A DNA stretch of 63,298 bases, counting the filler, from Neolecta irregularis DAH-3 (lineage: Eukaryota): the NCBI GenBank assembly GCA_001929475.1. It is 5 parts of 5 records of this genome, joined end to end, with 100 filler letters (N's around TTAATTAATTAA, not from the genome) between each part and the next. Parts side by side here need not be neighbours in the genome. Positions count along the whole stretch, not along the records: positions 1 to 21,504 come from LXFE01004026.1; positions 21,605 to 34,368 come from LXFE01004028.1; 3 more parts are not named here. The stretch is one strand, 5' to 3'. Positions 13,416 through 26,526 of the stretch are shown piece by piece (the first letter of the stretch is position 1; each line of letters opens with the position of its first letter). Below the pieces are notes generated by a model. It ran no database searches and was not told the DNA's origin. It saw only the letters and a list, made by a program, of their open reading frames with translations. The translations under genes and the position numbers were made by a program.

Positions 13416-14154
13416 ATGCCCTCCCGCCGCTCGAAGAAACGATCTCTAACATATGAGCCCCTATCTCTCACCTCGAAATCAACCAAGAAAATCATCTCAG
13501 AGTATCACAAATCGCTAAAAGAGACATTGGAGACTCCCAATCCTGAAACGCTCAAAATCTACCAGACAGCATCGCAACTCGGACAGTCCAAAACTCGCGG
13601 CGGAGATTCCTCAAAAATTCTCCTCAAGTGGATAGAATCTCGAGATTTGAAGATACTGGAAGTCGGGTCTTTGAGTACGACGAATGCGATTGCAAAATTA
13701 GGAACAGTAGAACGAATAGATTTAAATCCAACATCAAAAGAAATCAAAAAGCAGGATTTCATGCAACGACCAATAGACGGATTCGTAACCTTCTATTGAG
13801 GCGAGTTCTAATATCTAGAAATTCGATTTACTATCTCTTTCTCTTGTTTTAAATTTCTTACCAAGTGCTGTGGAACGTGGAGCAATGCTTCGCCAAACAA
13901 CGAATTTTCTGAGTACTAACGGCCTGCTTTTTCTTGTTCTTCCTTCTGCTTGTACTGGAAATTCGAGATATCTTGATCAAAAGCGGCTTGAAGATATCAT
14001 GAATATACTGGGATATGAAATTGTAGAATTCAAAATTGCGAAAAAGGTCGCTTATTGGTTATGGAAATTTTGTGGTAGAGTGAATGGAGCCACAGCAGAA
14101 AAGAAGATTGTTCGAGAAGGTGGTGCAAAGAATAATTTTTGCATTGTTTTGTGA
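13416..14154 (+). CDS. BMT2: 25S rRNA adenine-N1 methyltransferase Bmt2
   Basis: YQTASQLGQSKTRGGDSSKIL, LEVGSLS..N, RIDLN, QDFMQRP, LSLVLNF, RGAML, NSRY, NNFCIVL; one intron near 13785-13818. Confidence 0.88.
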
Positions 14155-14412
14155 GTTGAGATCAAAAGCCTGAGAGTTCTGTTGGACTCTATATTATTGG
14201 GTTGCGACCAACTTGGACTTGACCTATTCAAATGGTACCTTGTGTAATCATAAAATTTTTGACAATCCATAGGAACTATAAGAAGTCTGTAAAATACATA
14301 CACAAGATAATTAAAATGTATTCAGCCAACATGAAAAGCAAACATTAAGCAAGAGAGATAAATAACTAAACTGAAATTTCCACCTGTGGATAAAAACTCG
14401 ATAAGACAAACA

Positions 14413-16538
14413 TTAAGAAACAGCAGGGAGATCGGATCTAGTGCCAAGTTTGACGGTATTATCCGTGAAATCAAAGGAAGCATAAACATATCTCAAAAAT
14501 GCCTCTCCAAGAATCGCAAGACCTATGTTTCCATAACTTTGAACTGTTCCAATGCACATCACTTGTGTCGAATCGGCCCAATTGAAAAACAATCCTGATG
14601 CAGGTATTCCAAACCACTTTCCCCCTAGTTGAAAGTACAATTTCTTGGTGTTTTGACATGGATAGATCCATGTGCCCGAAGAAGAGGATCCACCAATCGC
14701 GGCATAAATTGCAGATACTTGAGAATCTGACAGGAGAATCAGAGTAGTTCCGGAATCTACGATGACTGATGATCCAGATACAGAGGTTCCCGTGGCTGAA
14801 TTGGATGTTGCAACTTTGATACCATCGAGAGTGACCTGCCAATATAGTTGTCTAGTAACAGGAACGGCAGTAAGAGATCCGGAAATAAATGAAGGGTTCA
14901 CTCCTCCGAGTGTCAAGGTTCCACCAGTTTGATACTGGCTTCCAGAAAACGAAGCACTGTCTATCGCCATTCCGACTATTGGTTGTGGAATTTGATTCTG
15001 AGAGTAAAGATTTTGAATGAACGGAGTGTGACCTAAGATTGTCAGTGTAAAACAACAACCCAATATACCAGAGGTGCCCAATGCTGGATAAGCCAGTCCA
15101 ATAATGCCGTCAGTGTAGCCTGCGGAAACCCAACTACTAGATACGCTTGTTGGTATGCCGATTGATTGGCCTGTTGCCGAAGCAGATCCAACATAAAGTG
15201 TATCAGATCCCCAATGTCCAGACGATGAAGATCCATCGCCGTAGGTGACCGAGAAAGAAGAAGTGGAAGACTTAAATGAGCCAGAGTTGTTTGTATTGAA
15301 TATATGATGGCCATTAACAGCGCAATTTGAGCATTGGTTAGTCATTGCCCAAGAATCAGTAGAACCGCTGTTCATATTAGCTTTTGCAATATAATATTAA
15401 CATACGTATCAAAGACCTGCATGGTTAGGGCTTTACTACTTCCCAATAATGCTTGAACAACCATAACGCTATTCCACAGATCATTTTGAACAGCAACATT
15501 GTCTGAATTGGATGCAGGTTGGGCCGAAGATGTGCTTGAAGATGAAGTGCTTCTGGGACTGGAAGAAGTTGTAGAAAGCTTGACACTTGAGTTTATAGAT
15601 GAAGGGATAGAAGTCGAAGAATGCAAAGAAGTCGTGCTAGGCGATATAATTTTGCTTGAGCTGCTAAGTCTAGATGTTCCCGTGGAGACTTTGGTACTCG
15701 AAATTGTCAATTTCGTTGAACCTGTTGCAGTCAGTACGGAATGGAAAGATGGCGAAATACCCACAGGAGTTACCATTGTGCTTGATTTTTTCGAGCTACT
15801 GAGAGTCGAGGTCGTACGAGCAATAGCTAAGGTGACTTTTGACGAAGTGACTGAGACAGCTTTTGATGAAATTTTTGCCAGAAGCGCATTGCACTGGACT
15901 GGAACTACGGGATTGTTGCCGGCACATATTCCCTGCAGCGAAAAACAAGTTGAGAATTCAAATGAGAGGCAAGTAAAAACCTCCGAGTCAGCTTTTGCAG
16001 CAGTCATACATTTTTGGAATGTTGACACGCAGGACGAGAATGCTGCTACGCAGGTTTGCTTGTTTGTGTATTGATACGAACAAAATGTCGGCAAAATAAA
16101 CGATGAAGCGTCAACAGCGGGGGTTGGTTGAGGGCCAGGCGAAGTTTGTCGTAATGGAGGGGGAAAGAAGACGCCAAGTATCGAGTTTACCAGTGCTTTT
16201 AGATTGACAAGATTGAATGAACCTGGTTGATCAAGTGAAGTTAGAACACCTGGGCCCCCGTCGATGGCACCGATGGCTTTCGAGGTATGTTTGACAACGG
16301 CAGCTGGATTACCGGATGTTTCACCAAGTGTTGTAGCCATGTGTTGCTGGCGATTGCGAGCATTTGTGAGGACCTCAGTGAAGTTGAGCTGATCAGTAAT
16401 GACTTTTTGAATCAGAGGGATGTGAACAACGTCCGGCCTAGAAAGGTTAGTTAAGAAGTCGATGATCACAAACTGTTGTGAATCTCCCAGTGCTATGCGG
16501 AATAGTGTAACGAGAAAAAGGACGGTATATCTATTCAT
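14413..16538 (-). CDS. Secreted pepsin-like aspartic protease (A1) with Cys-rich and Ser/Thr-rich N-terminal extension
   Basis: Signal peptide; first catalytic motif FDT|GS split by an intron; flap YGDGS; DGIIGL; second catalytic DSGTT; ILGEAFLR. Confidence 0.9.
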
Positions 16539-18199
16539 GACCAGTTTATTCTTATAGGAAACTAAATGCGAACAAGGGCCGTATTTAAGTCCTTCAGAAC
16601 GCCACGCCGGTGGGCTTTCGATGGAACCGAGAATTTTTTAGGCTTGAAATTTGCAACATGGGTCTGGATTGTAAGAAAATCTCCCCGGATGCGATAGTGT
16701 GGTGGCGTGCGGATCATCCGCCATGTCAAACTTGGAAATATTTATCCGGAAAGGTAATCCGAAATGCCGAATCTTCCGGTTTGCATTCTTAAAACGCCAT
16801 TAACCCGCATTAGGACATTGTCGAGGGCAATTCTCAACATGCTAATCCTGCCCCATGGTCAGACAGCACCGGCACCTCCTATCGCAAGCGACCATGCCGC
16901 CCATAACGGCTCAGACTCAGTGGCGTCGACACCGACCAAAGCAGCCTGACTGCGGCAAGCAGTACCACCGAGCCAAATCAGGACCGTCACAAGCTTTGCC
17001 ACCCGAGACATGGGTGGAGAGGCAAACAGAGATGAGGAACCGCAAGTGCCAATTCTTTTATAAGTAGGGCCTGGCTTGATTAGTGAGCCAGGCCAAACTA
17101 GAGCAAGAATATAGTTACCGTTATTCCCTGAATCGCGATCGTATATTTCCAGCAAAGCCTCCTGAGCGGCAGGTCCGGACACAACGCTCACATCAAGGTT
17201 CTGACGAAGACGAGTTTACAGTAGCTGTGAGTCCTTTTTAGACATCTGTTGTCTCCATATTAATCGTCGATGTGAGTTGGGCAAGACAAAAAGATAATAG
17301 GGGGCGATTATTTGTTAGCCTGATTATACCAGTCCGCGCGGTTGGAGAGGGTTTAACTAGAAAAAGTTCTCCGAAAGATGGGTCTGCAAATCTGTGTTTA
17401 ACCAAAGCCCGACCCATGGACTTTTCTGAGGGTCAGTCCTGGCCCATGGACTGGCCGAGATGGGCCTGACAATTGGTCCAGTTTAATCTAGTAGTATATT
17501 TATGGGTGGTGGGTTGGTAGAATTTTTAAGTTGGGTAGACATCTGTAACCTTTTTTTTCACTTGAAAAAGCCTATACACTTTATCCCTCTGTTCCTTTTA
17601 TCCAACCCGCCTGTAAGCTATGCGCTTAGAAGTACAAGAAGACCAAGTGATACAACTAGCCTAAGTATACGTACTTCTTACAAAGGGACATACCTAGCCT
17701 AAGTATATGTACTTGGCTTGGAATATCTAACTTGTGCCTTTATATACTTCCCGTCAAGCCACCTTGCCGTATTGTTAAGATATACCCAAAAGGTTAGGGT
17801 TAGCGGCTCGTTTTTACCCGGCCGCCGGAGGGTCTCCGACGGCTACGGGCGGGCGGGTGGACACACTGGGTATGCGGCAAGAGGTGACTAAGTGACACAA
17901 GTTCCAGCACCACCAAGGATGTTGAGAGACCTCCTTACCCGCCGACCAGCTATACCGGTGGCGGCTAGGCCAACATGCCGGACACAAGCAGTGGAAGCCC
18001 ATAGTAATTATGCATAGTTACCCCTGCTCGAGCATCAATACCTGATCAGTTTGTGGTACAAATATTATACAAGTGGTTCTTTTTACGATGGAGGGTCTTT
18101 TAGGAGTCTCTTTTTGTTTTACGTTCCTTGGTCTTTGTCTAGTCATTCCAAGAGGTGACGTGCCTATAATCAGTAATGTAGCTGCCCATTTGCAGGACG

Positions 18200-18400
18200 G
18201 TGGATAGTGCTCTATCCATCGAAGCAAATAATAAAAGAATCGATCCGGTTTATGCCAGAAACCTCTAGACTCCACAACCACAACTTGCGTGCAACAAGTT
18301 ACAACCCAAGTCTAGGCAGTGAAACCAACCAAACTATCATCGCTCACAACAGTTTCTACTCAGTGTACGACACGCGGATAACTATAAGTTGGCCAACCTT
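18200..18400 (+). pseudogene. Possible degenerate LTR-retrotransposon integrase remnant
   Basis: TSYNPSLGSETNQT...QFL loosely resembles the integrase motif S.YHPQTDGQ.ER.NQT.EQFL and lies beside a solo LTR. Weak. Confidence 0.25.
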
Positions 18401-18463
18401 GTAATAACGGGAGGCTAGAGTTTCATCTATTACCTGTATATATTAGCTACTCTCTAAGTGACT

Positions 18464-18927
18464 TGTCATAAAGAAATGCTAAACTGAGGATTTTCGCCTA
18501 ATACAACACTATCGGGACTCCTCGTTCAAGCTCCCTCCCACCCTCACCCTCCCCGATTTTTATAATCACCAATCTCACTTACAATTCACTATTCTATCTA
18601 TTTTGGCACGGTTCTGCTTCCAACGCCGGTTCTCTGTCTTCTCGAGAGTGTAGTGGGAGTATGAGGCGTGCTGATGAGTCACCGTATGTAAACGGGGCTT
18701 AGCTTAGCTTTTCCTTCTTTACCTACAGCGTGTACTGGAAGGAAGTATGTTGTGTTCTGCAAGTAGGTAGTATAGTCCCCCTCTTTCTTGATAACACAAT
18801 ACCAAAGATCAAAAAGAACAACCTTAAGAAGCCTACCTGCTACTATCCACCCATTTAACAACAATCAACACTCACTCTATTCCCATCCTTTCTCGACTTT
18901 GACCCTTGGGACGGATTCTGCGCGACA
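18464..18927 (+). mobile_element. Solo LTR, family A
   Basis: TGTCAT...GCGACA termini with a 4-bp duplication GACT (18460-18463, 18928-18931); homologous to 739-1213. Confidence 0.88.
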
Positions 18928-19717
18928 GACTCTTCATGATATCCGCAGAAATTTTAATCTAAGTTTGGCCTAGGACTTAGGCTGTTCAAGCTGCCGAACT
19001 ATCAGGCAACTTTGTGTCGAATGAAAGACCGTTGATCCTGCTAGGTCCTTTCAAGTATTTACCCTAGTATGCTCACTACGTCACTTACTATGTCACAACT
19101 GCGCAGGGTAGGGAGGAGGACAGAAGGGCATTAAGTGACGAGGATAGTAAGAAGGATAACGTCACAGATAAGTATATCTTTCGTTCTTTTGTAGTGCCTA
19201 TATTCATCTTGTTATTTGCGTTGAACATAACTTGGTTCAGTCTTGTGTCCTAATACTAGTGTCTTGCGCTATCAATACGCTCCTATTCTATTATACAGGC
19301 TTATTGATATCATGAGTTTACAGCGCTGTTGTAAGTTATTGAATGGAAGTAGAAATAAAGGGCAGAATATTTTGTCTTACAAGGCATTGCTTTGAGATTT
19401 GGCCTGTCAAATGATTAGGATTAATGGAATGCACAATAAAATTGACTTATCGCAGAGTGTTTTCGACTGTTTGAACTGGTGATCTAGTTCGTGAAAATAT
19501 TGCGGAATCACCTCGAATTTGATTAGACACTGAAGTTTTCTTTGGCTCGAGAAGGGGTGTTTTTATTCAATTAGTGTAATGTATCCTGGATTTATTCCCA
19601 ACACTAATATGATCACCTGCCTGATAATTGATTTTGAAACATAGAGTTCTATAAAACAGATAAAATGGGACCCTTTCGCCTATTTGCTCTTTCAAACTGC
19701 TATTCTTGTCATTAAAA

Positions 19718-21102
19718 ATGCTCGAAAATCATATTCCAATTCAGCAAAATGCACATTGGTCATCTTGACTCGTTACTAATTCGTAGGCATGGGTTGCTAC
19801 TGAACCTGGACATGTAGAGCTCCACAGAATTGATGTCCCTGTACCCAAATCAAATGAAGTTCTTATCAAACTCGAATACACCGGAGTATGTCATTCTGGT
19901 ATGTGCGTTTCTTTCCCTTACTATTTATCCTTGAAGATGTGCATCTCATTGGATCTCACTGGCCACTTGAAACGACATTTCCTACAGTCTGCGGCCACGA
20001 AGGTATTTAGACATTTCGATAGTATTTGAAATGGCTAGGTGCAGGAGTTGTCGCTGTTATTGGAAATGGTGTTACACATCTCAAGATTGGCGATAGAGTT
20101 GGCATAAAGTGGCTCAATTCGTATTATGTTCTTTTTTGAATGTCTCTAATCTATCTTCAGTGCATGTGGAAGGTGTGAATACTGTCTTCAAACCTATGAA
20201 GGGCAATGTCCAGATGCAAAATTCACGGGATTTTCTCTTAATGGAACATTCCAGGAATATGCAATCGGGAATGTGAGGTTTATGTGCCTCCATGAACATT
20301 GACAGTTAGGCCGAATATGTTGCTCAAATTCCTGAAAATGTGCCATTAGCCGCTGCGTAAGGTAGCACTCTTTTTCCTTATCCTGACTGAAAGGACCGCA
20401 GTACTCTGTGCTGGTGTCACGGTTTACAAAGGAATTAAAGAAGCCAACCCTGGTGCAGGTACAACCCCATCAATTGCCTTTATTCAACATAAAAGGTCAA
20501 TGGATTGCGATATTAGGTGCTGCCGGGGGTCTCGGTCATCTTGCTATTCAATATGCCAAGGCATGCGGTCTTCAAGTTCTTGCAATTGATACTGGAGAGA
20601 GCGCAGATAAAGTATATGGTCTTTGCAACTACTATGTTTATTTCTAGCTTTGCATAAACCTTGGGGCAGATCAATTTATCAATTATAAAACATCAATTGA
20701 TGTTGCAGTTGATGTCAAAGGAATCACAAAAGGCGGTGCTCATATAGTACTTGTTGTTGCATCTGGAAACGCATATACACAAGCAATTTCTTTTCTCCGA
20801 CCTAAAGGAGTTCTCATTGCTCTTGGACTGGCCCCAAATACCATAATCGAGAGTGATTTGTTTTGGCATGTTCTGAATGGTTACACTATCAAAGGGTGAG
20901 CCGAAACATGAAATCTTTAGGCTGATATTATAGCTCTTTAACGGGCAACAGGAAAGACACCGACGAAGCTCTTGCTTTTGTTGCTCGTGGGATTGTTAAA
21001 GTTTCTTATAACATTCTTCCGTTTTCATCGCTTCCTAAAGTCCTTGATGATCTCAAACAGTCAAAAGTTGTTGGTCGTGTTGTATTGGATATTTCCAAGT
21101 AA
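19718..21102 (+). CDS. Zinc-dependent alcohol dehydrogenase (ADH1-like MDR family)
   Basis: [21 protein letters not shown]-x2-C-x2-C-x7-C structural Zn site, [32 protein letters not shown]; about nine short introns, so the ORF track largely misses it. Confidence 0.92.
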
Positions 21103-21208
21103 GCGTTGAAAAGATAGTGATACTGAATATCGCTTAATGTAACTAGCTGTTCCTGTAGTGAATCAAGAGACTAGGTGCAATTTAAGTCCCTTTTTACTGA
21201 GTCTTCCA

Positions 21209-21314
21209 CAGACTTGCTAACAAGCAAGTAAGTCCAAGTCTGGACTTCGGACTTGCTTGCTTGCATATTTCAGGCCTTTGGACTTGCTTGCTTGGACTTG
21301 CTTGCTATTTTACT
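21209..21314. mobile_element. Possible DNA-transposon/MITE end with subterminal repeats
   Basis: Repeated GGACTTGCTTGC motifs in direct and inverted (GCAAGTAAGTCC) orientation next to a gap. Confidence 0.4.
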
Positions 21315-21324
21315 NNNNNNNNNN

Positions 21325-21504
21325 TAGCAGCACATGTGGCAAATCTGTACATAAGTAGTGCCCAGCCAGACGAGCTGGCTAGGCTTTCACCTGATATTCA
21401 ATAGACATAGTTACTCTTACTCATAGTATCTATGTTGACATATCCAACCAAAGTCCATATCAGCACCCAACCCCAGGTCGTGTGCTGACACAAGCGAACC
21501 TCGG
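21325..21504 (+). mobile_element. Partial LTR, family B, plus start of internal leader
   Basis: Matches the 3' half of 12631-12935, ends GTGCTGACA at 21490, followed by CAAGCGAACCTCGG. Confidence 0.8.
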
Positions 21505-21604
21505 NNNNNNNNNNNNNNNNNNNNNNNNNNNNNNNNNNNNNNNNNNNNTTAATTAATTAANNNNNNNNNNNNNNNNNNNNNNNNNNNNNNNNNNNNNNNN
21601 NNNN
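21505..21604. other. Artificial contig spacer (N-TTAATTAATTAA-N); also at 34369-34468, 39589-39688, 61953-62052
   Basis: Identical 100-bp spacer carrying stop codons in all frames. Confidence 0.97.
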
Positions 21605-22890
21605 GAAGACATGATGGTAAGATAGATCTTTCTGCGAAGTTCGACAATATTGGTGTTAGTTTGATCTATAATCTCCATTTTTTTAGTTTCTTCAGTGACT
21701 TCGTCTTCTCCGTCACTGCTGTCTTCCTCGGATCCAGATTCTTCGCTTCCCTCGCCAAGTATCTCTGCTCGAATTTGCTCATATCGCTCTTCATTCTTTT
21801 CCCATTCCTCATCAAATTTGAACACGCCGAGACCTTCCTGGACATCAAGGGTATCGTCCAGACTGATCATGTGCGTAATCTGATCCTCTTCTGCAACTAA
21901 ATCCAACTCCGAAGGAATCGCCAAGTTATCTTTATATTTATCTTTCCGAACTTGAAACAAAACTTCGATCATGTATTGAACTCGTTTATCGATCATTCCT
22001 TCATGTAAAATTGCTCTGAATCGTTCGAATACGCCATTGTTGGCCTTTGGCGATACCTCACTGAGAAACTGCCCGACTTCACGGGTAAATCCTACTGCGA
22101 CTTCAACAGAGTCATCTGAGGGGCGTTCAAGAAGGAGGGAAAGAAGTTGAAGGGCTACGATTTCGTGGGCTACGAGATGATTTACCAAATGAGCAATAAA
22201 CATTGTACTGGACAGACAAACAGCCTAGATATTAACGAGTCATCCAAGAAACTACAAGTACCTTGTCATTTCGACGAAAAGCTTTTCGAAATTGGACGAT
22301 TAGACGAGTGAGAAGGAGTTCTCCTACTTGTGGGAGTTTTGTGTTTATAATTGCAGTCATTGCGGCATAGATAGATGTAAATGGTGTTGAAGCGGCCTGG
22401 GCTTTCATAATACTACGGCAATATAATCCTCGTCCTCGTACCAAATTTTCGGTGAATATTTCGGGTATGATAAGTTTCAAATTCGAGATATTGACCTGGC
22501 TGTTAGCCTGGAATGACAAGGAATGATGCCTTGTTGATCAGACCATTGATACTTTTCTTCAACGCTTCCCAATACATTCGCTGATACTCTTTGGTATTCT
22601 TATCTGTAAACTGGGCCTGCAGTGCTCGTAGCTTTGCGGGCGGAACATATGTGCCTCCAGCCCTTGTATTCAGCAGCCTGGCTTATTAGTCGTGTGCAGA
22701 CAAGACGTGGATGCTTTTCAAACTCTGCTTTCAGATCAAACGGCGGCTTCTCTGCTGGCTGGTGTTCGTCTGCACGGTCGAACCGCCGCTTGGATGCTGT
22801 AGGCGGCGACGGGCTCTTTGAAGGAGAACGCTTGCGCGGAAATGGCAGACCGTCGCGCCGCTGGATGGTGCTGTGAACAACCGCCTGCAT
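21605..22890 (-). CDS. CWC22: Pre-mRNA splicing factor Cwc22 (3' truncated by contig end)
   Basis: [97 protein letters not shown]. Confidence 0.95.
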
Positions 22891-23626
22891 GGGATGGAAG
22901 CGCAGAAAGGGTTGGTCTCCTTGGTGTTGTTGCGATAACACTCACCACCAAAAAACAAATCCTGGCTACTATCGATATTGCACTGAAACATCGACTCCTA
23001 GATCTGGATTCCCGGCTCCGCGAGTCCGAGAGATCCCGCGAATGGTGGAAGCGGCGGGTGCAGACTCTCGACCAGCGCTGCCGCACACAGGACGCCGAGA
23101 TCCGCAGGCTGAAGGAACGCTTGTTCAGGTATGAGATCGTGCAGGAAAATAGCAGTTGAATAGAAGCGTTGAAGCGAAAACAACTATTCTGCTTGCTGCG
23201 CAACGGGACTTGATGGCGCGCAATTGCACTTTGGAAACAAGCATCCTTGATCATTCAACAGTTCATTCCCAGCCCGCAATCACCTCGCCGGCCTCACAGT
23301 CTCCGCCAAAGAAACGGCCAAAGATACAGCCTTCTCCTCCACGGAAACGCCATCGCAAAACACAAACGGTAGCATGCGAGACCACTGCTGCACTCAGTGC
23401 CCTCATCACCACCTTGTGGAATATCGAATTGATCCACCCCGACATTCATCTGAGAAGATTGCTGCTTGCTACCGGTGATGTAACTATACCACCTAATCCA
23501 TATGTTTCAAAAGAACAAAGGAAAGAACTACTAGTCAAGAAGGTCGAGGAACAAATTGAGAATGTACGATATCTAAGAATGCAAAACGAATTTTTGGGTG
23601 AGTTGGTTGGATCAAGAGAGGATTGA
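22842..23626 (+). CDS. Hypothetical coiled-coil protein (start uncertain)
   Basis: Heptad-like ORF 22818-23128 joined by a GTATGA...TAG intron to the 23156-23626 ORF, which has an NLS-like PPKKRPK. Confidence 0.5.
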
Positions 23627-24885
23627 CCTGTGATTGGCTCCTTCTTGGCGTTTGTGGGGAATATAGATAGGTTTGCACCTTCCGTTGCTTCCAATATCTT
23701 ACGGCCAGGATTAACTTAATTGTACAGCTTCACTTTTGATTTTACTCTCATCACCCTCAAGTATTCCTCAACCCCCGAAATCAGCTCTCAAATCACCGGG
23801 CCTTGAATTTTGGTCAGATCTACAGTGTCCCAATGCCAGTCTACCGCCGTGTTCCTTACCTGTTATGACAAGCCTATATGCTGATAAGCACTCTATGTTG
23901 TGCCCAATACCAACAAGCCCCTAGCATTGACTACTCTTCCTGAGCTTGTTGGCGTGTACTGGGATTGAATTCTTCCCCAAACATTACAACATCGGGGGCT
24001 AGCCTACCAGAACCATATATATATGGGCCCCTCCCTATCTTGAATATTCGAAATTGCGGTAGTCGAATCCAGGTAAATCAATATCACTGTTTGCTTTCAA
24101 TTTAAATTCGTCGTGAAATTCAAATCGCGAAGTGTCCGTTGCAGTCTACACAGGTCACTTTTGCCAATATCCCGTGAATAGTAATTATTGGTCCAGGATG
24201 TGGCGAATCTACATATTGCGTAACCTTTTACATTAGTTGTGTAATCAGAACAATGTACGTGGTCTGATAAATAACCTTCTGTGCGTAAACGATTGAGAAT
24301 CACATGGCTTTTATTTGGTTTTGCGTCCATTATCGGAGGGAATCCGACGAACTCATGCTTGAATTCATAGATACGCTTCTTGCCCAATATCTTATATGAT
24401 GTGATTCAAATTCGTGGTAATAGATAGGCCGATAATCTTTCCTTCAACACCACGATAGTCTGTTAATTTTAAATTCAGTTGATGTGCTGGATTTCACTAC
24501 GTATTCCAGAGTCTGTGGAGACTCCTGCTCTGGTTAAACATGGGGCCTGTACTCAAGAATGAATTTAGTGAGCTCTTGTATTGCGCAAGGGAGAGATGAT
24601 AATACTTCCAGGAAGAATCTCCAGTATTGGCTTGAAACACCAGGTTCCCAAAAATTCATGCGAATAGGAAGCTTGTTTCTGATGGAATGGACGTTACTCA
24701 TAGCGTGGATGAATGATTTTATTTGTCAATATTCTCACAGGTCGGGTTTCTTATCAGAAAATATGACGTCAATTACAATCAATAGTCGTATACAACAATA
24801 CAGTAACAGCCATGGCAAGCTTAGGCAAGTAATTTCTAATACTATTCCAACAGGAGCAACCAAAATTACTGAACATGGATTAAGT

Positions 24886-25440
24886 TCAGCCCATCTCTGA
24901 AGCAGATGTCGTAGTGACACATACTTCATCAACAGGACTTTCTCGAGCAAAGCCCTGAGTTTCATTTTGGCTTTGAGTGTTTTGATGACCACGAGCATTT
25001 TGCTCCACTTGACAATCTTCATTGACCACTGGATTAGGTTGAGCTTTCTTTTCCATGAAAGCGTGATCGTATGCACACTCAGGGTCGTGTTGACGACGTA
25101 GATTGTGAGGAGCTCGATGAATTCGAGTATGTCTTGTATAGTACGACCAAAGGAACGAAACTAAAACTGAGAAGAATGAGCTTATAATCCACTATAGGTG
25201 AACGGTACGTCCAAGGACAATAGCTCCAGCAAGAGATCCGAATACGATTCCCACCATGTCCCCTTGACGCAATCTTTGTGATTCGTGGCGGAGCAATTGC
25301 TCAAAGCATTCAGTATTATTCCAGCCCTGTTGATCACAGCTAGAGGTCAGATATACGAGCAGGTGGTTAAAGTGCAAGTCTTGTTGGTAAGAAGTCAAGT
25401 GTATAGTTCCATAATTATCAGAAGTAACGTTAGTAGTCAT
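24886..25440 (-). CDS. Small single-pass membrane protein (hypothetical)
   Basis: GIVFGSLAGAIVLG|LLVSFLW forms a TM segment across a GT-AG intron, followed by an open hydrophilic tail to TGA. Confidence 0.55.
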
Positions 25441-25714
25441 AATGAGAAGGAAACAATGGAACTGACAATCTGATTATTGTAACTATGAGAAGAAGCTATA
25501 GAAGAAGTGGTTGGTTGAAGAGGAAGAATCTCAAGACAGACTGGTTACTTGTACTCCACAATCACATGCCACGATACAGGCAATTCTCAAATACTAATCC
25601 TAACATTGATTCCGCAACAATGTGTAGATATGCCAACTCGCAAGCTAACCACCCCTCAATTTGGCAATACAACAAGTGACCATAAACTAACAGCCATTGA
25701 TTTTCACCTAGCTC

Positions 25715-25884
25715 AGCCCATACAATTAAATGGCAACCCCGATTTTACAGAACATCATGTTCCAAAAAACCTAGAGAACTTCACTTAAAAAACAAAGAGG
25801 CCTTAGGCTGTTCAAAAGGGCTTGTAGTCTCCGATTCTATGTTGTAATGACACATCTTTGTTTCCAGATCATGGAAGACTAGAC
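25715..25884 (+). repeat. ~175-bp dispersed repeat, second copy at 34192-34368
   Basis: Near-identical AGCCCATACAATTAAATGGCAACCCCGATTTTACAGAAC...GATCATGGAAGACTAGAC. Confidence 0.85.
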
Positions 25885-26526
25885 ATGTTCTCAAAATAGC
25901 ATCAGTTTTAGCTTTGAACAAAATCAACATTTTTAGTTATACTAGACACTATATGTTAACAATGTCCATTTTGGATTTCTAGCATATCAGTTCTGGTAGA
26001 GAGATATTAAATCCAATGAAGCTGTTAGAAAGGGACCGATTACAGCTGGAGCATTGTGGTAAAAGTGCTCTAGAAGACAGGGTTCTAACTGATCTCGCCA
26101 CGCAGTGGCATCCTTATTGATTATCTGCAAGCTTTTGCAGTTTTCGACATTGGCCTTGATATTCCTTACTCTTTGTTGTAAACGTCCTAGAACGTGGCCT
26201 CCACTTCTTATCGTATGAGTATATCTTTTTTATGTGTTTATTCGAACAGTTGTAACCTAAAGAGTTCGATACTTTTGACCTTTGCTAAGTTACAGATAAC
26301 ATAACGAAAATTTTGAAATTTCATTCTGTATAACCAGTTCTATGAATGAACACACGAAAGAACATTAGGAAGAAAGTGTATGTACATTATCAACAGGACG
26401 AACTGGAAGCGATTTTTCAATAATATTTGGTATTGAATGGATGTTTGGAGTTGCAACTTGCATCATCTAATGTTTATAAATTTAATTGCAGTATATCGCA
26501 GAGATCATTGTGAATATGCATATGTA

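Noticed and set aside
17792-17803. Telomere-like GGTTAGGGTTAG
   Set aside because: Only two units and internal; compatible with chance.
19091-19322. Possible further solo LTR (TGTCACA...TTTACA)
   Set aside because: No target duplication and no second copy in the window.
13416-21102. Secondary-metabolite cluster (methyltransferase, protease, dehydrogenase)
   Set aside because: No backbone enzyme; BMT2 is a housekeeping rRNA methyltransferase.
21505-21604. Palindromic TTAATTAATTAA motif occurring four times
   Set aside because: Always centred in a 100-bp N block, so it is an assembly linker, not biology.
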